A DNA stretch of 64,000 bases, taken from assembly GCF_026210795.1 (NCBI RefSeq), contig NC_089431.1:1798001-1862000 (forward strand). Reading direction: 5' to 3'. The first letter of the stretch is position 1. Each line of letters starts with the position of its first letter. Source of the stretch: Rhizophagus irregularis (Eukaryota). Shown here in pieces: positions 50,135-62,198 of this stretch. Under the pieces are notes generated by a model. That model searched no databases. It had not been told where the DNA came from and saw nothing but the letters and a program-made list of their open reading frames with translations. A program made the position numbers and the translations under genes.

Positions 50135-51996
50135 TAGAGAATTAACTTATTATTAAAATTTTTTTTTATTTGTGATTTGTATATCATAATCATATACGTG
50201 AAAATAAGTAGAGAAATTAATTTAAATTATTACGTTAGAAAATCGTCATTTTAATTGATAAAAATAAGATTTCTTCACATTTGATAAAATGAATTGGTCA
50301 AGATATAAAAAAAGATTCAGTAACACCATCAGGATTTGGGAGAATAATTTTCCGAACAATATTCAATAATCTTATAAATAAATCCGCCAATCAATCATTT
50401 TTCTTTTATATCTAATGGAATTCATATGAATAGGAATTAATCGAACTATACAAAGCGTTACTAATCATAGAATCATAGATACATTTTCATTAACTAACTA
50501 TCATAAGGTCGCTCGAAGACAACAGCCCCACCGTTACCCCTATATTCTGATTCATACAGAAGCTACACGAGCCAAAGCACCAAATAACTTGGATCCCAAT
50601 TTCTAAAGTCTTTTTTCACATGAAAGAATGATTTTGATACATTTAAATATTATAAGAGCGCTCGATTATATACTATAAAAGTTTACCAATTGAATTTTTT
50701 TTTTGTTTACCCGGATTTAACCATAGAAATTTCTTTTACTGGAAAAGACCCTTATATACTATGAATTATTCAACTACTTAGTTTTGAATTCATTCCATAT
50801 CATTCGAAGTAAAACCTGATTTCAAAATCTATAAAAAAGGTAAAGGAGAAGAAAATTTCTAACTTTGTATGATAAAAGAAGAAATAAAGTATAGTAAAAA
50901 AAAGTAAATGAAAATATTATCCTGATTACGAATTAATTTAGTATGAAATTTGTGAAAATCGCATGCTTATTGAACGATTTAACGGGCAATCTTTGATCAA
51001 CGATTCACATGATAACTGAATTACAAATCATTCTTGAATGAATTTATATGAATATAAAAACCCCTTCCAAATGGCTGCACATTATTCGTCAACTAAACAT
51101 TCGTATTAGTAAACTTAATTAATCGCTTTCATAGCTATTACTAATTTAGTATTGGCGGGTGAAAACGAAAAGTTTCTATAGTAGCGTGGTATAACAGTTA
51201 TCAATTCGCACATAGATAAGCCACTTGTTCCACAATTTCATAAAAATTTATGAATGTGATTGGAAAATTTTCGATTTCAACTCAAAAAATAACTGTTGGT
51301 GTTATCAAACAGTAAATCATACAAGTAAATCATACAACATTACAAATCAAGTTAAAAAAATTTTCATTTTGTCGTCGATCATATGTAGCCATAATGCAAA
51401 GTTGCACAAAGAAACTTAGCCAAAGAGATATAATAATTATTATGCAGAAAACGGTCGGAATATTTTCGGTTAACAGTATAATGAATTGATTTTCGGGTAA
51501 TTTACGGAATAAAATTGAAGTTTCATATGCTGAAACCTATAATAAAATGAATGATTTTTTTCTCATTGTTTACATTTATGATTTTCAACAGGTTTGGATT
51601 ATTTTGACGATCATGCATGTTATGAAATGACGGCAAATTACGAATTCAGTTTTTTTTTTTCATTTTTTTTTTTCCAGCGATTTAATCACTCTTTTTAAAT
51701 TGGAATAATATTTACCCGAGAATAAAATTATGATATTTAATACTAACTTAATAAAAATATGTAATTTATAATTCTCTGACCGAAAAAATTTTAAATTTAT
51801 TTTAAATACAAGATATATTATTTTATTATTATTTAAAAAAAAAAAAAATTTTTATAGTTTTGCATCTAAAAATCAAAATAATTTCCGGTCCCATCCCAAA
51901 ATTAGTAGCTCATTATTTACCTTAATTTGGTTAGTAGAATTTATATATTCCATTTAAACTCTCTTTTGTAAAACATTAAAAAATTTTTTTATTACA

Positions 51997-53259
51997 ATGT
52001 CATACTTTTTTCCTTTAAACGATAAAATTATTCAAAAGTCAAGTTCAAATATCTCTAATAATGATGAAATTTTCTTAAAAGAATTTTTAATAGATTTTTA
52101 TAGAAAAATTCTTTATATAAACGATTTTAATAATTTTGAAAATATTTTAATCGAACTTATAAATATTAAAAATACGAAAACTATTTTAGAATTAATGAAA
52201 AATCATAAAGAAAATGAATTTTGGTTTTCTAGTATTATTGGATTTTTTTATCAATATGGTATCGATTGCGATATTGATAAAGATATTGCATTAGAATTTT
52301 ATTTATTGGCTATTAAAAATGATGAATCTTTGGATCATAAATTTAACTTATTAGATATAAATAATGATGATAATGATGATTTTATTATGCTTCAAAATAT
52401 TAATTGTATAATTGGAAAATATTTATTATCATTATTTTATTATAAAGATATTATATTAGATATAAGAAATTTAAATGGTTTAAGTGATTTAGTTATTAAT
52501 TATTTAAAATCTGCTAGGAAAGGTGATCCAATTGATCAATATAATTTAGGAATTTGTTATCAATATGGTAGAGGTGTAACACAGGATTATAAGAAAGCAT
52601 TTGAATGGTATTTCAAATCTGCTAATAATGGTTATGCTAGAGGTCAATGTAATTTAGGTTTATGTTATTATTATGGAAGAGGTACAGTTCAAGATTATAA
52701 AAAAGCTTTTGAATGGTATTTTAAATCTGCTAATAATGGTTGTGCTAAAGGTCAAAATAATTTAGGTTATTGTTATCAATATGGTAAAGGTGTAAATTTG
52801 GATTATAAGAAAGCATTTGATTGGTATTATATATCTGCTAATAATGGTTATGCTAGAGGTCAATATAATTTAGGTTATTGTTATTATGATGGAAAAGGTA
52901 TATCTCAAAATTATGATAAAGCATTTGAATGGTATTCAAGATCTGCAAATAATGGTCATGCCATGTCAAAAAATAATTTAGGTTATTGTTATGAATATGG
53001 TGAAGGTGTTGTACAAGATTATAATAAAGCTTTTGAATGGTATTTAAAATCTGCAATTGATGGTTGTGATTTAGGTCAATATAATTTAGGTTATTGTTAT
53101 TATAATGCTATAGGAACTAGATTAAATATTGAAGAAGCTATATTTTGGTATAAAAAAGCTTTAGATAATGGAATAGAAGGTGCATATATTGAATTGAATA
53201 AAATTTTATCAAGGAATAATTTCATTTATAATAATAATAAAAATAAAGTTAATTACTAA
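51997..53259 (+). CDS. Sel1-like repeat protein (about 6 repeats) with lineage-type N-terminal region, 420 aa
   Basis: Open ORF; QYNLGxCYxYGxGVxQDYxKAFEWYxKSA repeats; WFSSIIGFFYQYGI N-terminal motif. Confidence 0.9.
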   Translation: MSYFFPLNDKIIQKSSSNISNNDEIFLKEFLIDFYRKILYINDFNNFENILIELINIKNTKTILELMKNHKENEFWFSSIIGFFYQYGIDCDIDKDIALEFYLLAIKNDESLDHKFNLLDINNDDNDDFIMLQNINCIIGKYLLSLFYYKDIILDIRNLNGLSDLVINYLKSARKGDPIDQYNLGICYQYGRGVTQDYKKAFEWYFKSANNGYARGQCNLGLCYYYGRGTVQDYKKAFEWYFKSANNGCAKGQNNLGYCYQYGKGVNLDYKKAFDWYYISANNGYARGQYNLGYCYYDGKGISQNYDKAFEWYSRSANNGHAMSKNNLGYCYEYGEGVVQDYNKAFEWYLKSAIDGCDLGQYNLGYCYYNAIGTRLNIEEAIFWYKKALDNGIEGAYIELNKILSRNNFIYNNNKNKVNY

Positions 53260-53894
53260 CTTTATTCCGGTTTAGTAAAATATGTTTCATATAAGGTTAA
53301 AATATTAAAAGGATTTATAGATAATATGCAAAAATAAGGAATTTTATAATGTTATGAATTTATATGATAATTATTAGTCGAGTATATATATAATTAAGGG
53401 AAAATATATGTACAAATATTTTAAATCAATTTTTAAATTATGAGTGGAAGGTTTAATACCTAAGATAAAAAAATATATGTTACAGTACATCAATTTTTAA
53501 ATTATGAGTGGAAGGTTATCTAAAAAAAAAATATTATGTATTAATTATAGATTTGTAAGATATTCAATAATTAAGATTATTAATAACTTCATTTGTATAA
53601 TAAATTTCAATATTGTTGTTGCGGCATTATAAGAAAAAATAAAAATTATTATTCTCAGGACTTTGTAATAATTAATATTTAATTCGCTTAATTCTTTTAC
53701 ATAAATTCGACGTTTCTTATCAGCTAAACGTATACTTAGCGTTGAAATTAATTACGCCAAATAGAGCTTACTGTATACGTAATCCGTACTGCCATAATTC
53801 AAATACCATAAATAGGAAGATTATGCGATACAAAAAAAGGAATCCATTTATATGCATTATTTAATATGTATTTATTAACAATATATGCCATATT

Positions 53895-54203
53895 CCCTAT
53901 AAAAAAAATTCTCCTATAAATTTATTTTATTTATTTTATTTTATTTCAAGAAGAGGAGTGAACGTTATCTGTTACATTTAAAGAAGGCGCGGCCGAAGCT
54001 TTGCACAAACTAATCAGGTAAGTAGAACTACGTATCTCATTCCACACAAATGCAGAACCTCACCCTTCGAACTAAACTATGCTAGGAGTAAAACTACGCT
54101 ACTACTAAAATTGAAAAAATTCCTATAAATGATCATTTTTCTAGTTTTTGTTCCGAAAGAAACTCAGACACGTGATCATTTTTCTGAAAAATTTTTTATA
54201 GGG
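53895..54203. mobile_element. MITE family B copy (TSD ATT) containing a nested 199-bp retroposed fragment
   Basis: CCCTATAAAAA...TTTTTATAGGG with ATT flanks; insert 53922-54120 bounded by direct repeat TCCTATAAAT. Confidence 0.8.
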
Positions 54204-54439
54204 ATTCAAAATGCCGAGATAATTCCGACGACACGTATAATTAAATGGTTCAAATAATAAATTTAGTAGACTTTTCTCTTATGTTCACTAATATCAGTTC
54301 TTTTTACAGAATAATTTATTTTCGATATTCGATAAAATATAAATTACTTTTCAGTCCGTTCTTTCTATAAAATTCGTATTTATCAATTATGAGTATTTAC
54401 TTTTAGAATTTTATTACACAATATTCATTCGTAATACTA

Positions 54440-54679
54440 CCCTATAAAAAAAGTTGTCCAAACACTGTTCGGTTTTTTGTTCGGAAAATTGACCCCGTTC
54501 CGAACATTTACTTGACATATATTGAACAATTATCATGATATTGTACGTTTTTTATGTGGTCGAAAATTCTCAATCTCTGCATCTTGTATTAAATTGTAAC
54601 AAATATTGTATAATTACGTGCGAGTGTTCGGGAAATCGACCCCATTCCGAATATTTATCAGACAACATTTTTTATAGGG
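54440..54679. mobile_element. MITE family C (240 bp), TSD CTA
   Basis: CCCTATAAAAAAAGTTGTC...GACAACATTTTTTATAGGG; CTA flanks. Confidence 0.88.
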
Positions 54680-54878
54680 CTAGAGCTTGGGTGCCAAATG
54701 CTCAAAACATTTAATTACGTTGTTAGGTAATATTAATTCATGAATTTCGATTTTACCTTTCTTATACAACCCTTTATTACTAAATATATGCGTAACTTAA
54801 TGAAAATTAAAAATAAATTAGCCTACACATAAGAGTCTATCCATTTTAAAATCAAAGATTCTAAACTATACTTTAATA

Positions 54879-57800
54879 TTAATCTAATTCCATTTCATTT
54901 ATTTCAACTAAATATCATGAAAATATTAAAATGATTTTAGTTTATATATATTAAAATATTTTACTAAAAATAAAGAATTATAAACTTACTACATAAACCA
55001 GAAGATTGAGCATAGTCTAGAGATTTGTTACCATTTTTACTAGTTTGTAATTCCGAACCTAAATAAGTATCATCCCTCATTGATACTACATTTTAATTTT
55101 TGTAAATTATCAGGTAAAAAAAAATTAAATTATCAATTATAATGCGAACTATACAAACAAATACCTGTAACTGATTTATTTTTAACATTAATTCCAAAAT
55201 CCATTCTTTCAAATTCATCTAATACTTCATTAATATTTGGTCTCTGTTCAGGTTCTTGATTCCAGCAATTTTTATAGAGCTTTTCATAATCATCTGGAGT
55301 ATTAGGAACCGCCACTTCACGAATACCAGTATTAATAGAAATGGCAAGTGCAACTTTATTGTCATGATCTTTAAATGGAGGATATCCACTTGATATTTCC
55401 CACATTAATACACCAAAACTATAAATATCTGATGATTTAGTATATTTGTAACTTGGATCTAATATGCGCTTTGGTTCCATATAAGCAACAACACCAAAAT
55501 TACCAATGTAAACTGTTGAACTTTGGTTATTTTGAAATTTTGAAATACCAAAATCTGTAATTTTAGCATTATTTTCATGAATAACTACATTCTTTGAATG
55601 CTAAAATAAAACATATAATTAGTATTCAACAATTAGTATTGAATGTTAACAACTCTTATAAATAATACTTACAAGATCTCTGTGTAAAACATTCTCATTA
55701 TGTAAGTAATTTAATCCGTCTGCAATTTGAAATGCTAATTTTTTCTTATCGTTCCAAGTCAAATTCTTAAAATTCTTTTTGAGATAATTTTGAAGATCTC
55801 CGCCATTAGCGTATTGCATTACAAGAAGATATTCGTTTGTTCTTTGATCTAAAAAGAAAGGTTTATTTCATAAGTAAGGAATTAAAAATATAGATAAAGT
55901 AATAAAATATGTTCAATTACCCGTACTAATGCCTAAGCAGCGTACTATTCTATCACAATAATCAAGATGCAAATGTATTTTTAGTTCATGAATAAATGCG
56001 TCTAATAAACCATGCTTAATATCAGTAGTATTAGTCAATTTTTTACAAACAACATAATCATTTGTTTTGGTCCAAACAGCTCTTGTAACGTGTCCAAATC
56101 CTCCTGCATGAAGTGATACTGCACTTTTTAGTTCATTACAAGGTATGTGTTTTATTTTTTCATACTCTAAAGTATTTTTAATCCATCCAGTTGCATCTTC
56201 AAATCCCTTCTCTGCTTTTTTAAACCAATAAATAGCTTTTTCCATATTTTTTCCCACCCCTTTACCACTTTTATAAAAAAAACCGAGTTTATTTTGTGCA
56301 TTACTAAAATCTTGCTCAGCTGATTCTTTATACCATTTGAAAGCTTTAACTTCATCCTTTTTTATACCAACTCCATATTCATAACATTTACCTAAGTTAT
56401 ACTGTGCATTTTTATTTCCATTCTTTGCTGCTTTTTGATACCATTTAAAGGCTTTTATTTCATCCTTCTCAATACCAATTCCATCTTCGTAAAAAGAACC
56501 AAGTTTATTTTGTGCTTCTTTATTTCCATTTTCTGCAGCTTTGTGATACCATTTAAAGGATTTTATTTCATCCTTCTCAATACCAATTCCATTATTAAAG
56601 CAAGTACCTAGATTATATTGTGCAGATATATTTCCATTTTCTGCTGCTTTTTGATACCATTTAAAAGCTTTAATTTCATTTCTCTCAATACCAGTTCCAT
56701 GTTCATAAAAAGAACCAAGTTTATTTTGTGCATTTATATCTTTATTCTCTGCTGATTTTTGATACCAATAAAAAGCTTTTTTCAAATCTTTTTCAATACT
56801 AGTTCCATCTTCATAATATATACCTAAGTTAAATTGTGCTTCTTTATTTCCATTTTCTGCTGCTTTTTGATACCAATAAAAGGCTTTAACTTCATCCTTT
56901 TCAATACAAATTCATATTTATAATAATTACCTAAATTAAATTGTGCTTCTTCATTCCCATTTATTGCCGCTTTTTGATACCAATAAAAGGCTTTGTTTTC
57001 ATCTTTTTCAATGCAAATTCCATTTTCATAAAAAAAACCAAGACTATTTTGAGCACTATTATATTCTTTTTCTGCTAAACTTTTAATCAATCCAAATGCT
57101 TTGTTTTCCCCATTTTTCGCTGCTTTTTTATACCAATAAAATGCTTTTTTAAATCTTTTTCAGAAATAGTTCCATTTTCATAATATGTACCTAAGTTAAA
57201 TTGTGCTTTTTCATTCTCATTTTCCGCTGCCTCTTGATGCCAATAAAAGGCTTTAACTTTATCTTTTTCAATACCAATTCCATGTTCATAACAATTGCCT
57301 AAATTATATTGTGCATCTTTATTTCCATTTTCTGCTGCTTCTTGATACCAGTAAAAAGCTATTTCTTCATCTTTTTCAGTACCAATTCCATATTCATAAA
57401 AAGAACCAAGTTTATTTTGTGCTTCTATATTAACTTCTTCATTCTTTGCTGTTTCATGATACCAATAAAAAGCTTCTTCCAAATCTTTACTTGTGCCAAT
57501 TCCTTCTTCATAACACAAGCCTAAATTATATTGTGCATTACTATGTCCTTTTGAAGCTGCTTCTTGAAAGCACAAAAAAGCTTTAGCTTCATTTTTTTCA
57601 ATACCAATTCCCCATATATAACGCAAACCTAATTCATTTTGTGCATCACTATTTTCGTTTCCTGCTGCTTTTGCATACCAATTAAAAGCTTTAACCTCAT
57701 CTTTTTCAATTCCAATTCCATCTTTATAACATATACCTAAATTTAAAAACGCATTTTTGTTTCCATTTTCCGTTGCCTTTTGATACCAGTAAAAGGCTTT

Positions 57801-58480
57801 AAATTCATCTTCTTCAACACCTATCCCATATTTATAATAAATACCAAGTTTATTTTGTGCAAAATCACATCCTTGCTCAGCTGCCTTTTTGATCCATTTA
57901 AATGCCTCAATTTGGTCATCTTTAACACCAATTCCATTTTCATAAAATATACCTAAACTAAATTGTGCTGATATATCCCATTTTCTGCTGCTTTTTTATA
58001 CCAATAAAAGGCATTAATCTCACTATTTTCAACACCAAATCCATATTCATAAAAAATACCAAGTTTATTTTGTGCACTTGCCATTATTTGATTCTGATTG
58101 TAAGCCTCGAATTTATCCATTTTAATTCCATTACTCTTATAAAACAAATCTAAAATATATTTCATTTCTTTATCTACCTTTTCTGTTGCTTTTTGGTAAA
58201 GTTTATTTTGTGCATTGTTATTTCCATTTTCTGTCACTTTTTGATACCATTGAAAAGCTTCAAATTTATCCTCCTTGACCCCAAATCCAATTTCATAGCA
58301 CATGCCTAAATTATATTGTGCTCTTATATCTCCACTTGCTGCTTTTTGATACCAGCTAGAGGCGTAATTCTTAGCATTTGCTTCTTTTTCTGCTTCGTAC
58401 GTATCTATTTCCATATCAGTCTCTTCCTCACACAAAATAGTATCGTTATACTCTTGTTCTTCAGGTAATCTTTTAGACAT
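54879..58480 (-). pseudogene. Second Sel1-repeat + tyrosine-kinase-like kinase gene with three -1 frameshifts (~57977, ~57150, ~56910); pseudogene or assembly errors
   Basis: Exons 58480-55921, 55848-55673, 55600-55165, 55058-~54990, 54907-54879; same intron positions as the 1320-11413 paralog; AGGFG, HRDL|HSKN, DFG, SDIYSFG. Confidence 0.82.
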
Positions 58481-59338
58481 TTTCTAAATAAAATCAAGTA
58501 ATATTACAAAAAAACTTATGCTTATAGTATTTAGTAGATTTTTATTTGTATTCTATCTTTATGAGTTGTAAACAAAATTTTTTACAGCTCTATATTTATT
58601 ACTTGCAAGTGAATGTCTGCCTTATAAAATACGTTTCTTTTTGCAGATCGTTTACGCCTAATTGTAACATTGATTGTATTAATGCCTAATTTAGTAAGAA
58701 AACAATATACATGTTGTGCCCGAAATCTCAAATGATTACTATATGTGAAAAGTAATTCTTGAAAATTCTTAAGGCATTATAAAGATGGACCGATAATTTA
58801 GGCCCGATCGTTGATTTGGGGCAATCGTCAACTTGAGGCACATACACAATGATTGTGATTCATTTAATAGATGGAAAAGGCGTTTCTCAACAGAAGTGAT
58901 TCTAAAAGAATTCGAAAAATAAATGGTAAACAAATACTCAAATACTTTGTAACAGTATTTAACTTTGCATCAAAAATATAAATAAATAAAAGTGAATCTT
59001 TTTAAATGACTAATGCGCATTAATGGAAAAATATCTATTTCATCATTTTTTTATTGTGAATCTTCTAATCTTTCTTTATCTATTCTGGTAGGTTTATTTT
59101 AGAATTAAGTGTGCTTTTATTAATACTTTCCTATTACAAATAATTTAATTCATTAAACTTATTTTTTTTTTTTGAAAATTTTGGACAGTATTATATTAAT
59201 TATTAGATAAAAGCGAATATAAGAATCAACCGATTATATGGTATTACGTGGATTTAAAAATTTATCAGAATCAATTGAAATATAGTACTTATGTTTATAA
59301 GAAACCCGGCACAAAAAAAAATTACGAAAAATCTGATA

Positions 59339-60469
59339 CAGTCAACCAACCCCCCTCCTATATAAGAACTCCCCTTCTTAAGGCACATATTTTTTGGTCC
59401 CAATTTTTTTATATGTAAACAAGATGTCCTGGCTAAAGTACGAGATTATTGGTTAACGAATCATAGTTGCATTCATGAATCATGATGTGATAGCTGTTAA
59501 AATATGAACCGCCAACACGTATGCTGCGTAAGTTGTATTTCCTAAATTGCAAGCATATATTATTGTTTGTGTAATCCTAAATAATTTAACTTTAACCCAC
59601 TACAGGCGTGGCACTTCTGCGTTTCGGACAGAACGACAAGAAACGCAGACATTGATCCTCGTACTCATGTAAATTATAATTATTTTTATTGACAACGTTA
59701 AATTTTAATTTTTTAACGCGTGATGGTTAATTTTTAGTTTGAATTCGGTACCCCGTACCCACGATCAAAATGGATAGGCACTTAATATTTAACCAGGGAA
59801 ATTGTTTATATCATGATGCGTTTCTTAGAATTACAATTTCTCGAAAGATCCGATTCCGTTAGATTTCTTAACCATTCGAGATTGCTTCCTCAGAAATGGT
59901 TGAAACCAGATGATAAAGGTCGAGTTTCTTTATTTATATCTATCTCTATTTCAATTCCCTATAAAATTTTATCCGTTATTTCTGTAAAAACTCCGTAAAA
60001 ATGAGCCTTTCACGGATCCATTCACGGAAAATGTAATAATTCGATAAGTTCCGGGATATAAGGCTATTAATTCCGGAAATATGAGCCTTTTACGGAAAAA
60101 AGACGGAATATAAAAAACGGATCGACTTTTTTTACAGGGATTGTGATTTCCTTCACAATAATTTATTAACGACTTGGCTTCCTTTTTTACATTATTTCAG
60201 TGCATCCATCCAAAATGACTCATTATTTGTGATATCAGTATAATTTGCTTTATTGTAACAAAATTTTCCATTTTTCTCATTGCTGCTGTAATTAATATAC
60301 AGAGGGCGGTCAAAAGTCATCCGGTGATATAAAATAACAAGTAGACATTAAATATAGCAGGGAGCTTTAAATATTATTGAGTAGTAAAAATTTATTATAA
60401 TTAGACCCTAAAAAAATTGGATATGTTTTTAATTAGAAATAACATACCTATTATAGAGGGAGTTGACTG
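59339..60469. mobile_element. Degenerate Tc1/mariner (pogo-like) non-autonomous element, TA TSD
   Basis: TA|CAGTCAAC..CCCCTCCTATA and TATAGAGGGAGTTGACTG|TA termini. Confidence 0.6.
59957..60139 (-). mobile_element. MITE family A copy, TSD ATT, nested in the pogo-like element
   Basis: Reverse complement of the 46821 copy; ATT flanks. Confidence 0.92.
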
Positions 60470-60787
60470 TATATATAAAGTCTCTTTTTAGAACTCCTAT
60501 CTTATTGACGACATACAACAAAGATTTTTTATCGTACTTTTCTGTCGCCTGAAACAGGAAAAATATCTTCAAAAAAAAAAATTATCAACGATAATCGTTA
60601 ACTCGTAGGAACAGCGTCAAATTTAAATGAAGCGACACGTTATCGTTATGAATACTTCAAAGTTAATGTAGATAGTAGTGAAGAAAACTGAATTCTCAAT
60701 GACAATTAAATTATAGCTAACATTTAATCATTTTGTAATCAAATCAACTAAAATAAAGAATAAACAATTTCTAGATGGAATTTACTG

Positions 60788-61307
60788 TAGGGATGTTAAT
60801 TTGCTTAACGGTTCAGTTTGAATTCAGCTCAATACAGCTTTGAGTCTAGAGCGAGTTTAAACAAGCTAAGCAATTTTTAAAAAAACGAGTTGAGCAATTG
60901 AGCTTAATTATGAGTTAAGCACAGCTGTTAGACTAGATTTTCTTAAATGGCTTAAATGATTTATTAAATTCCGATATTGATTTATTTTCTTTATTTACTG
61001 TATGTGTAATGTTTTTATTAAAAATTATGTTGTAGAAATATTATTTATTTTCTAAATAATTTTTAATAATATTCGCTTCATACCATGTTTTTAGGCAGAG
61101 GCTTGCTCTGGTGATAATCTGTTATTGTATTTTTTGCAACTGAAAACATTTGCTCGCTAGATACACTTGTTACCCATAATCTAAGCTCGTACTAATAATA
61201 AAATGCTAAACAAGCTTGAAGCACGTTTTGAAGACATTAAAAAGTTTGAAAAAGCTTGTGCTCAAACTCTGTTTAATGTGCTTTGTTGAAGCAATTTAAC
61301 ATCCCTA
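60788..61307 (-). mobile_element. Internally deleted hAT element
   Basis: TIR TAGGGATGTTAA(T/A)TTGCTT; minus-strand remnant TSVSSEQMFSVAKNTITD..RASLCLKTWY of the hAT C-terminal dimerisation domain. Confidence 0.8.
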
Positions 61308-62027
61308 GAATTTAGTAGCCTCTCATAAAATCAGCAGTCATATTTTGAAATCATATGTGTGTTTCTATTGGAATCTTGTGTGGCATTTTAATTTTTTATT
61401 TATTTTCCTAAAGATTGTAGCTCTGGTTATATTAGGTATGAATCCATTTTTTAGCCTTACGATCATTGCTCGATTTATGTAAATTTCAAATTGTTATGAA
61501 CGCTTATTATGTAGATTGCAATTTTGTTCTTCGTACTGTCCAATAAAAATTTTATTTGATTTCTTAGTTATTTTCAAAATTTTTAAATTTTCACATATAT
61601 ATTAATTATCTATTGTTGTTGACATAGCCAAGTCTTTTAAAATAAACAACTGCATTGACCAGGCCCTCGGGAAAAGGATGAGAGATATTTTACTTTTTAA
61701 CAAAGGTAAAAAAAAAATACAATTTTACAATTTTGTTTTAAAATAAAAAATAGCGATAGTTAGTCATACTACATAACTGTAAAAAGTTATTATGGACGGA
61801 CCATATAAATTTTTTAAAGGAAAAAAAAAAATTGGCGACCTTATGATCTCACAAGTAAAATAATGAGGTAAATATTTAAATAACATTTGATTGATTTTAA
61901 GTACATATCTGTTAAGGTACTATTAAGGTAACTGTGAGGGGGAAAGAGCGAGAGAACACAACATACTGTATATACACCCACCCACCCATCCACACTCATT
62001 CACATCCATACACCCACACACCACAAC

Positions 62028-62198
62028 AAAAAAGTCAATCCGTTTTTTATATTCTATCTTTTTTCCGTCATATTTCCAGAATTAATAACCTTATATCACG
62101 GAATTTATCGAATTATTTTCATTTTCCGTGAATGAATCCGTGAAAGGCTCATTTTTGCGAAGTTTTTACAGAAATAACGGATAAAATTTTTTATATGG
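62028..62198 (+). mobile_element. Degenerate MITE family A copy, left end lost next to a CA-rich tract
   Basis: Internal sequence matches family A. Confidence 0.75.

Noticed and set aside
61960..62027. CA-rich tract as an interstitial telomere
   Set aside because: Not CCCTAA repeats; irregular simple sequence
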